Shown: positions 54,001 through 64,000 of the stretch, in pieces | Position numbering within the stretch: the stretch's first letter is position 1 | How the letters are laid out: every line of letters begins with the position of its first letter | Source: Callorhinchus milii | Lineage: Eukaryota | Assembly: GCF_018977255.1 (NCBI RefSeq) | Contig: NW_024704743.1 | Location: 56,298,001-56,362,000, forward strand | DNA length: 64,000 nt | Reading direction: 5' to 3' | Notes under the pieces: generated by a model | The model's database searches: none | What the model was told of the DNA's origin: nothing | What the model saw: the letters and a program-made list of their open reading frames with translations, nothing else | Translations under genes and position numbers: made by a program

Positions 54001-55417
54001 TGATTTTCTTTCTAGGTCATTTAGATGGTATTTAATGGTGGAGCAATGCTGAAGTACTGTGCATTTTGTTGCCAAGATTTCCTTTTTTTATGGGAGGTTT
54101 AAGGATGCAAGCACCATAAACTGTCTTCTTACCTGCACATAATCACCACTTTGAAGGACCTGTGGCCATTTCTACAGCAGGTTACAAGTGGAAACTCCTG
54201 AATGGATTAGTTTATCTTTATTTGAAAATAGTAAGGCTCATACAGAGTCCAAGAGAAGTTGCAGTTTGTAAAGAATGTTGTAGAGAATGTTAAACTAAGA
54301 GGAGCTAATGGAGTAAGAGATTCTAACAGAGAGAGTGTCAAACTGAAGATGCTAGTTGGCACTGCATTTCAAAATTGGGCTCTACTCAGAATATTGGGGT
54401 AAAATAACGTTGCACGATGTGATCATTTCGTTGGGAGTTAAGCCACTATCTCAGGAATTGAGGCTCAAAACGCTATGCTCGGGCAAATTAAAAATTAAAT
54501 TAAAAAGTGACGAGTAGCTTTAACCTTTTTGATATTAATGACGTTGGGGCAGAGGGGGTCCTGCAGCACAACTTGCAAGCTGATATTTCCTGTGATTAAA
54601 TGACTAGTAATAATGATCACATCACATGTTACAATGTTTTATCCCATACAGCCCAAGGTAATGTTTCTGGAGAGGACTGGTCAGATCTGTACAGTCGTGT
54701 TGTGTCTGCTGCTGTGCCTAGGTCTGTTATTTCAGCTACCTCTATTTCTGCTGTTCTGGTCCCTCCTTCCTTATTGAGGAGATGCTATTGATAGCACTGT
54801 TCAACATTTTGCCAGGTGGACAATAATACTCCCCAACCATGTGACAGGAAATGTAAAGTGGACCATTGTCAACTGGCTGATTGAGAAATATTATACATTA
54901 TGCCTTTTGCGTGTGATTTATGAAAGACATATCTTTAGTCTCAATTCTGGTTATTTTAATGGTTATACAAAGAACAGTCAATGATCCCCTCAACTTGTTA
55001 TCTGAACAGTTTATCCAGCACTTTCGTCATTTTCCTAGATCGTTTTTTTTTGTACTGCGCAAGATTATCAACCATTTCTTCCCCTTCAGACATTACTCAA
55101 AATATATTTCCTACCTAGAAGGTATTGTGACTCCCTTCACAGCTCGGTTGGTAAAGGCACTATTTCATGTGACCTGAATTGTATAGAACATAAAAGTTAC
55201 AGTTTTAATTCCCAGGGAGGGGGAGGAGATGAGGGTCAGGATTCCTTCCATTTATCATAGAGGTACCTCTGCCGGATTGTGTGAGTGTACCTGGTGAGGA
55301 CAGTTTAGTATTAGCAATGATAACTCCATGGGTTTACTTACAAAAAACTGTTCCCTGTGGATCTGTACATTTAAACAGAAGAGGAGAGAAAGTGGAAAGA
55401 AGGAATTAATCAACTAA

Positions 55418-55564
<147 letters not shown>

Positions 55565-56382
55565 TGACCCTCAAACCTTACGCCATGGAAGACCTCATTC
55601 CCCATTTAGATTGAAGATTTAAAATGATAGCAATGAAAGAGTTCAGAGGCCTGCAATTTCACTAAGTATTAACTGTAGAACCATTGTGTCTTGACATTTC
55701 CGATCATGCTAAATCGTGAAGCTTTTTTTCAAAACTCCAGTCTTCATTTAGAAGCTAGTTTTGTACAGTTTTTTAAAAAAAGTTTCCAAATTATGATTGG
55801 ATTTAAGAATCTGCCACAATTGTTTGTATTCTTAGATTTGAATCCAAAATATTCGTGCAGGCAAATACTGTGTAGAATTTTCTGCTTCATGAATGATACT
55901 TTGGTAATAGCAGTCTTCACTATTCAGTCATTGTAATTGCAATATATAAACTGTGTGATATATAGATAAATATATATTTATATATATATTGGAATATAGT
56001 TGGTAATTTAACCTACACTGACTGACATTTAATAAACAGCTTGAGCATGACCTTAAAACTGGCAAGGAAAAAAAAAAAATGCTTCATTTATAATAAAAAA
56101 AGGGGTATTTTTTAATCTGCCATAGCAGCAACAACAATAGCATCTTGCATATGCATAGAACCCTTCACATGGGGTAGTGTCTCGGAGCACTTATTCATCA
56201 GGAGAAACAAATAGTAAATATTATTTTGTGTAAAGATGTCAGTCTGGCACTGTTGATAGCACTCTAGCTGCAATTTTGCTGAGATTTAAGCTCCATGTCA
56301 GGATTTAAACTCACGTAGTCTCGGCTGATACACCAATACAATGCTGGGATGTATTGCATTGTTGGATGTGTCATCCTTCGGA

Positions 56383-57742
56383 ACCTGACGCAACCTAGGC
56401 ATCAGGTTCGTCCCCAATTATTCTTCTTCCCCACATCTGGTCCCTCACCAGCACTGCTTTCTTCCACCTCCGACACACAACATATCTGTGACCAGGGCTC
56501 CCTCTGCCTCCTTGTCCTCCTGGACCTCTCCGCTGCTTTCAACACAGTCGATCATGCCATCCTCCTCCACCGCGTTTCCTCTGTCATCCACCTCAGTGGG
56601 ACCGCACTCGCCTGGTTCGAGTCCTACCTCAAAAACCGCCAGCAGTACATCTGCACAAACAGCTTCTCCTCCTGCTCTCACCCGGTTACCTGTGGGGTAC
56701 CCCAAGGATCTATCCTTGGTCCCCTCCTCTTTCTGATCTACATGCTCCCTCTTGGGGATGTCAGCCGAAGACATGGGGTACATTTCTACATGTATGAGGA
56801 CGACACCCAACTCTATTTTTCCTCACTTTGCCACCCCCAGTCCCCTGATGTTCTGTCAGCCTGCCTGTCAGACCACAGGAGCTGGATGAGTGCAAATTTT
56901 CTTCAGCTGAACATTGACAAGATGAAACCCATACTCTTTGGCTCTCGTCAACGTCTAAAATCTCACGGTTCTCACCTCCTCCACCTACCCGATCTCCGCC
57001 TAAAACTCTCCGAACCCGTACGCAAACTAGGCGTCAGGTTCAACCCCCAATTATCCTTCCTCCCCCACATCCGATCCCTCACCAGCACCGCTTTCTTCCA
57101 CCTCCGACGCATTGCCCGTCTCCGCCAATAGCTCTCTCCAAAAGCTGTTGAAACCCTGGTCCATACCTTTGTCACCTCTCGGCTGGACTATTCAAATGCC
57201 CTCCTCGCCAGTCTCCCCTCCACTATCATCCATAAAATCCAGATTATTAAAACTCTGCCGCCCGCATTCTCACCACACCAAACCCCGCTCCCCGATTACC
57301 CCAGTCCTCGCCAGACTGCACTGGCTGCCTGTCCCAGAGAGGATCAACTTCAAGATCCTCACCCTTGTCTTCAAATACCTCCACTCCTCTGCACCCCCTC
57401 TACCTCTCTGGCCTCCTCTCTCCTCAAAATAGTGCCCGTTGCCTTCGTTCCTCTGGGTCTGGCCTTCTCCTCGTCCGCCGAGTCCTCCGCTCCACCCTCG
57501 GCGGCCGTGCCTTCAGCCACTATGCCCCGAAGCTCTGGAACTCCCTTCCTCCTACTTCGCCTCGCTTCCTCTCCTCCTATTTTCAGGTCTCTGCTGAAGA
57601 CCTTTCTTTTCGACCACACCTTTGGTCACCTTCCTCCCCCTCCCCCTGGCTCGGCCCTGGGATCCGTTATTGTGAAGCGCTCTGAGACGCTGTCTGGTGT
57701 GGAGGGCGCTATATAAATCCAAGTTGTTGTTGTTGTTGTTGT
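56383..57742 (+). mobile_element. Best-preserved 5'-truncated L2 LINE, inserted in a Deu SINE (56240-56382 and 57743-58005)
   Basis: RT motifs LLDLSAAFNTVDH, GVPQGSILGPLLFLIYMLP, YEDDTQLY; ITPVLARLHWLPVPERINFKIL; in-frame stop at 57129-57131 and frameshifts; (GTT)7 tail. Confidence 0.96.
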
Positions 57743-58037
57743 TGAGACATTAAACCAATGTTCCATCTACATGTTCAGGGGGACGTTAAATATCCCATGG
57801 CACTGCTCTAGAAGAGAGGGCTTCTTCATTCCCCCAAATAAGATTGGTTATTCACGTTATGGCTGTTTGTCGGACATTGCTGTGCATAAATGGGCTGTTA
57901 CATTCACCTACAAATAGAATCACTCCACTTCACAGTAAAATCCTGTGAAACACTCTGAAACATCTTCCCAACATGAAAGGCAATATACCAAATATCAATG
58001 CAAGGAAAGGAAGCGTTTGTTTTAAAAGCTAAAATAG

Positions 58038-58085
58038 TTTCAAAGATTTCAACTAGTTATTCACTAGTCTCATCAGGAGTGACCA
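58038..58085 (-). ncRNA. Orphan degenerate hammerhead-ribozyme-like motif
   Basis: Minus strand: CACUC-CUGAUGA-GACUAGU-GAAUA-ACUAGUU-GAAA-UCUUU-GAA. 7-bp stem II, but stems I and III are imperfect. Confidence 0.5.
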
Positions 58086-59139
58086 ATGCTTTAAATAGAC
58101 TTCAAATAAAATGAACCAAACCTTACCACAAATGATGCACTCCAACAGAATCGAATGCTATTTTATAACAGCGGGGGGTGGTGGGTGGGGAAATAGAGAT
58201 AATGTCTGCAGCACTGAATTGTTGTAAGGAAATTCCCAAGAATGAGTTGAAGGAAAATCTAGGGAAGAAAAGTAGGTATTATAGACTTGCTTTTTATTTT
58301 TCCAATATTCTCTTAGTGAATGTTATTAACAGTGCTGCTTCTTCAGCTGATAATGTGTCCAATACATCCTCAGTCTTCAAAGTGTGAAGGTAGGCTTAGT
58401 GAAATAATTACAGCAGAAACTACCTGCTGAGCCTAATATTGGGTGTTAATGGAAGTCCTACCCATCAACTTCTATTGTACAATACTCTTTTTATTTAAGT
58501 CATCACTGTTAGTTTAGGAGACTCCAGACCCTTTTAAATTAACCACAGGGAGACCTTGAAGGCGTTAGATTGCATATTTATTATACCTTGCATGAGACAT
58601 GCTTAAATATGTATAAAGATGGCTCTGACATAAATTAGTTAGAATTCAAATGCTATTCACCATATTTTGCGATGGACCCCCTTCTGTTCGACAATTCTCC
58701 TCTGTCAAAGATCAAATTATTTTAATTTAGCTTGAAAATTATATGATAGTACGGCTGCTTTCTGGGAATTCCCTGCAGTTAATTGACTTTTGTTGTTCCT
58801 GCTACTTGTCAACGTAAAAGATATAATATGCATGCAAATAAGGTTAAAAATATATGTGTTGCCAATTATACAGTCTTTTCTAGCCTGACAAGCCCCAGAC
58901 TAGGACAGTGGGAGTCCTGACATAGGTTACGCATATCATTTGTTGAGGCCACTGTGTATTTACCTAGGTGTGGTTCCCAGAATGAAATAATGCAGTTTTA
59001 ATTGACCTTCAGCACATTTGTGAAATATTTAATTGAACCTAGAATAATGGTAAAATAAAGTATACCATGAAGGTGTTAAGCTTTTGCAGTATTATTTTTT
59101 TTATTTTGCGATGACTGAAAATTGATTGTATATTTTGCG

Positions 59140-59315
59140 ATTTCACCCACAAATGACATTTTCAAAGAGAGATGCGCAATTGGCTGCAGCATTTTGTCCA
59201 CAAAATCTACAGTTAATTCAGTTTACAGTATATTTTGTGAAATGCTTTGAGACGTCTCGACGATGTGATAAGGTGCTATATCAAATGCAAGGATTATTAC
59301 TAGTAGTAGTAGTAA
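59140..59315 (+). mobile_element. Headless SINE 3' fragment
   Basis: gcgcaattggctgcagc...aggtgctatatcaaatgcaaggattatt. Confidence 0.8.
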
Positions 59316-59694
59316 TATTTTCTATCAAGGATTTTGTCCCATCAGATTCAGCCAGAAAATAAATCTGAGACCTTGTTGGCTGTACAAATATTGCCGTACC
59401 TTATTTAGTAAAGAGAACACTACTTTTTGATACTCAATTTAGTTATGATATTATTAGGAATTAATTCAGTTCTCACTTTGCTATTGAGTCAAAACAGCAT
59501 TTGTGTTTTTTTAAAAAAAAGAAAAATGTTTTAGTGTAAAATGGATAGAGATTTAAAAGTTATCTGTTTGAAACCTTTCATTGCTTCTGCCTGAAGGCTG
59601 CTTCAATCGACCAACAAAACTGATGCAGCTTAAAAAAAAGCAACTGGAGACCTGTTTCCCAATGCTGCTCAATGATCAGCCCAGCAGGGATATG

Positions 59695-59920
59695 ACAACA
59701 ACAACAACAAGATTCCATTTATAAAGCGCCTTTCACGTCAGGAGGACGTCCCAAGGCGCTGCACAGTTGGGTCATGACCCGAGCAGGGGGGAAATGGTCA
59801 GGGTGAGGGGAGGGAAGGGAGGGAGCGAGGAGGGGGGAAATGGTCAGGGTGAGGGGAGGGAAGGGAGGGAGCGAGGAGGGGGAAGAGAGTCGAGAGGGGA
59901 GCTGAAGGCACGGTCAAAGA
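59695..59920 (-). mobile_element. L2 3' end with an internal 46-bp tandem duplication
   Basis: (CAA)n tail and aaagcgcctttcacgtcaggaggacgtcccaaggcgct; identical 46-mers at 59785-59830 and 59831-59876. Confidence 0.85.
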
Positions 59921-59964
59921 GAGACAATAGCTCATGTTACTAGTGCTTGTACTTTCCCCTATGG

Positions 59965-60137
59965 TAGGGTGACCATACATCCCCAATTTCTGGGAACAGT
60001 CCCCAGATGAGTTATTGTCTCTGGCTAAATTTGACCTGGCCCTGTCTTGAGTTCATTTAAAAACTGAGCAAGAACAACATAAAATTAGACTAAACGTTTA
60101 AAACTGATACTATATATCACAACATTTGGTCACCCTG
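59965..60137. mobile_element. Short hAT (Blackjack/Tip100-like) MITE
   Basis: TIRs TAGGGTGACCA...TGGTCACCCTG; no clear 8-bp TSD remains. Confidence 0.7.
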
Positions 60138-62529
60138 CTCAAGGTTTAATGTGTGGGGAAATCTGAGAACAAACGTTTGTGCTGTGCCATGACTTCTCAC
60201 ACTGCTCTCCAGACTTGCTCTTTCTTAGTTATTTTTACTTTTTTTTAAGAAATCCTCTTTTATTTCCCCTCTACCGCTCTTGCTATAAGACTCATGCTGG
60301 ACTATGGCTTCAAGGCATCAGCTTGGTATCAAGTGTACCACAACTGTTGACCATATCACTGGGAGAATAGTTACTCAATCAAATACATTGTGGGTTTTTT
60401 CAGGGGTTGACTTTTTGATTTCACTGATTTTCTACTCATCTGAATATGAACCAAATACAAGGAATATTCCCGTTCTCTGAAGGACTATATTCTTTGAACT
60501 AGGTATTAAGAAGTGTTTATGAAATGACTTTCAGTCCTATCTCCGCTTCTCTCCCCTCAACCCCCTCCTTTCCACAGGCACTACAACACTGGTTATATAG
60601 AATTCCTTTGCTTAAAAAAAGTTCAAATAAATTTGTTTTAGACACAATCCTTCAAAACAACTTTGCTTTTCAAAATTCACTTGATCTCAAGCTTCTAGAA
60701 ATACCCACTCCAGCTTCTGCCGATTGAGAATCAAAGTTTTTCTTTCTTAAATAGCTTCTGAATTCTGGCCTCAGTCACCCTTCCTGGTAACACTTTCAAG
60801 ACATTAATTGCCTTCTGAGTAAAGAAGTACTTCCTGGTGACTGTCCTAAAATTACCCATCTGAATCTGTTCCTCTTGTCCAGATGTCTCGTGTCTCCAAA
60901 CCTATTGTTCCTGGGTTACTTCCTTCATCCCATTTAGCATCTTGAATGCCTCTCCAAGATTCTCACCAAAATATTCTCTCTGACAACTATAATTAACATT
61001 AATGTAGTGCTTTTCACATCAGAAGGATGCCTCAAAGTATTTCATACAGCCTGATTCGAAGCCTGAGTTGGGGAGGGAGTTAAGGGGGAGGGAAAAATGG
61101 CCAGTTAGCACTGCTGAAGGTAAATCTTGTCTTCACTCCATGAGACACTCTTGGAACAGCTTGGAAAAAGATAACACAGCTCTGTGTGTTCTGATCTGGA
61201 CAGAATTCTAATTATAGTACCTTGCGTTTTCCTCTATCACCAAGCACTCTTTTATGTGCCGACTATACTTTTATTAAACAGCTGATTTGTTTTCTTGGAT
61301 TCAAAAATAAAGCATGGGAAGTACAGTGTGCACAGAGGGCATTTGGCATAGGTGGAAACCAAATCCCTGCTATGATTATTACTGTAAACCAATAATCCTT
61401 GTAGGATTAGGGTTTACAAATTAACACTCAGCAGATACTCCATCATTGCTTGTTGGAAGCTTCAATCTTACACAAAGTACATTTAAAAAGAAATGACCGA
61501 GATATGCCCACTGCTTTATCCGCGAGCTCTACTGCAGTACAATTGTTTTGTTGCTCGCTCGCCTCCCAAATGCCACAGACTTTCTCTTTAACGTTTCTGT
61601 TCCTCTCCTGAAGATAAAGGAGTAGAAGCGCCTTGCCACAAGTCAAGTAGGTGTTACCCCTGGATGACACAACCAGAGAGTTTGCCAGAGTCGGTTGGAA
61701 ATCATAGTGCTTGAGCTTCCTTCTGTCACTCGTCCATGATGGACCCCTGCAGAAGCAGTAAAGCAGGTGGAGAAATGACTTATTTTTGCCAAATGTTCAA
61801 TATCTTGTGTGCATGATAATAATAACCTGCCAGCTGGTCAATTTTGTTGACTCATTCATGTGACAATTCTCGCTGATGATATATTTCAGCTCCAGAAAGC
61901 TCTGCTCTCTCTTTGTCTTGTTCTTGTGACCAGTCAATGGGTTACCCGTTCAGAAACTCTGGGACAAATGTTTATTTTATTGTGCCTCTTTTCATATTTC
62001 CTTTTAACATGTATGAATGGAAGTTGACAGGAAAAGAAAAGATTACTTCCCCTCTACCTACTTTTGCATCCAATAGATTTGGAGGCATTCCCTTGTAATT
62101 TGGCATTGCAGTGGCACATGCCCCAGTGCCAGCACAATAAAAATCCTGCTAAGACTTGGAGCTGGTAGGAGACCTGCCAACATATGCAGTTTGTGGCTTT
62201 TGTTCTGTTCTTGAATCTCTCAAAACAAGGGCATTCAATGACTCTACTGACCTGAAGTCACTGGTTTTGCTGGCGGAAAAGTATTGTAAAAATATAATAA
62301 ATCAATATTGCTCCAGCACTTTGAGACATCCTCCCAATATACAAGGCAGTATATAAATGCAAATTGTATTGTATAATTTTTTTTTCTTCTGGGCCAAGCA
62401 GTTTGATCTCAGCTGAGAGCAATAGTTAAGGGTTCAGCAATTGCCCTTGAAGAGGCAACTTGGGCCTTCAAGATTCAGCTCCGGGGGTATAGCAAAAGAG
62501 CATGTAAATGGCACTGAAAAGATTGCTCT

Positions 62530-62775
62530 CGAGAGAACAGGCACAGACATGATGGGATGATCATTGAATATATTCAAGACTGAGATCGATAGATTTTTAA
62601 AACCTAAACGGATTAAGAGATATGGGGATAGAGCAGGTAAATGGAATTAGGTTAGAAGATCAGCCATGATCTTATTAAATGGCAGGGCAGGCTTGAGGGG
62701 CCGAATGGCCTACTCCTGCTCCTATTTCTTATGTTCTTATGAATGCCCTTTTTCTGTGCTGTAAATTTCTATGGT
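62530..62775 (+). mobile_element. CR1 LINE 3' end nested within an older CR1 tail
   Basis: ttcaagactgagatcgatagattt...gatcagccatgatctt...ggccgaatggcctactcctgctcctatttcttatgttcttatg, a typical chondrichthyan CR1 terminus. Confidence 0.85.
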
Positions 62776-62946
62776 TCGAGCATCATCTTTGGGTTGGAAA
62801 TGGTAAAATCAGTCTATGATCTCACTCCTTGATCTTTCTCCAGTGACCTCTGCTGGAAATGATGTCTGGGGATATGTCAGGTGAGGATAGGATTGGGCTG
62901 TGCCTGAGGTTCCCTTTGTGGTCAAATAATCTGGTAACACTAATGT

Positions 62947-63260
62947 GGCAGCCAATTTGTGCACAGCAAAGTCCCACAAACAGCTGTGAAGTGAATGACC
63001 AATTATATTTGCTGGATTGTTGGCAGGACTATGGGAAAAACACTCTTTTCGAATGATGCAATGTGAACTTTAATGCCCATCTAAAAAGGCAGATGGGGCC
63101 TTGGTTTAACATCTCATCTGAAGGACAGCACCTCCAACAGTGCAGTACACTGCAGCACTGCAATGGAGTGTCAGCTTACCCTATATGAGTTCCAAGTCCT
63201 GAAGTGGGGCTTGAATCTACAATCATCTGATTCGCAGGTGAAAGTGCCACCAACTGACAC
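62947..63260 (-). mobile_element. Long Deu-domain SINE
   Basis: gcagccaatttgtgcacagcaaagtcccacaaacagc and ttggtttaacatctcatctgaaggacagcacctcc. Confidence 0.8.
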
Positions 63261-63885
63261 AGCATTAATGTGTGGAACGAGGAAAGGTCATTTCCCACAT
63301 TAGATGAAGCAGACTTTGTGGAACTTGAACTGACCAAAGTTCTCTAGCACACTCAGTCTTCAAAGGAAACCGATTGTTCAGAGAGAAAACCTTCAAGAAG
63401 ATAAAACTGAAACTATTCCTTATCTCCCAAAAATAAATCAAGACAAAATTCTTTCAGGCTAGAACCATGCATTATTCAACCCTTACCACCTGTACTCTAT
63501 AGATGACATATCAATCATCCCAACAGGACCTGGACCACAGTATGTACTCTGTGTTCATCGATCTCTGTACTTGTGACTTAATCAGATATTTGTACCGTGC
63601 ATTAATAAAGGAATCATTTAGCACAATGTAAACTATTCCTTCTTGCTTTTCCTTCAGTGCTAATTTTACATCCTCTCGAATGAAATTTGGAACTCAGGTC
63701 TTTTTAATAACCGCAGAAAATTGGGCTTCTAAGCTGAAACCATATTTAAGAACTTTTCACAATTCTGTGTGAATTTAATTTTTTTAGTGACCTAACAGGA
63801 TAAGACTGAACATAATTTCAGTTGAGTTTTTATTCTATGTGTGCACCACTCTGTGAGGTCAAAATTTTTTTGATTCTTTTTCCAG

Positions 63886-64000
63886 GTTGATGGTATTTTG
63901 CTGGATTTGAGTAATATTTCCCTGGAAGGCATTGCTGTGTTGAACATACCAAGCATACATGGAGGATCAAACCTTTGGGGCGAGAGCAAAAAAAGACGGA
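63886..64000 (+). CDS. DGKB: Diacylglycerol kinase beta, coding exon truncated by the window end ([38 protein letters not shown]...)
   Basis: Acceptor tgattctttttccag|GTT in phase 0. [20 protein letters not shown] is the DGK accessory-domain motif. From recall, [23 protein letters not shown] and LWGESKKRR favour the beta paralogue over alpha or gamma. Confidence 0.93.

Noticed and set aside
54001..54022. Recursive splice site ttttctttctag|gtcatt (also AG|GT at ~41521 and ~24709)
   Set aside because: The regenerated donors are weak, and such motifs are expected by chance in 51 kb.
56349..57131. 260-aa ORF as a host gene or active reverse transcriptase
   Set aside because: It is a 5'-truncated L2 RT with a chimeric N-terminus, no endonuclease domain, a premature stop and downstream frameshifts.

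Overview
Vertebrate genomic DNA, not prokaryotic. The repeat landscape (L2 and CR1 LINEs, Deu-domain SINEs, a Penelope-like element) suggests a cartilaginous fish, possibly a chimaera; this is an inference. The whole window lies inside one + strand gene, a type I diacylglycerol kinase most similar to DGKB. Three coding exons of the catalytic accessory region splice in frame: 4333-4397, 55438-55528 and 63886 to beyond the window end. They are separated by introns of 51,040 bp and 8,357 bp. None of these exons appears in the supplied ORF track, whose entries are almost all repeat fragments or noise. The introns hold many decayed retroelements, two hAT-type MITEs and several repeat-free, motif-rich blocks that look like conserved enhancers. 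The most interesting sequence-level observations are: a TSD-flanked Penelope-like element with inverted terminal repeats carrying a minimal hammerhead ribozyme core; a second, orphan hammerhead-like core at ~58.06 kb; repeated insertions into one short segment of a SINE family; a modular tRNA-Ala/CORE-like/Deu/L2-tail SINE; and a candidate poison exon. I found no evidence of a new protein-coding system. Repeat boundaries are approximate unless stated.
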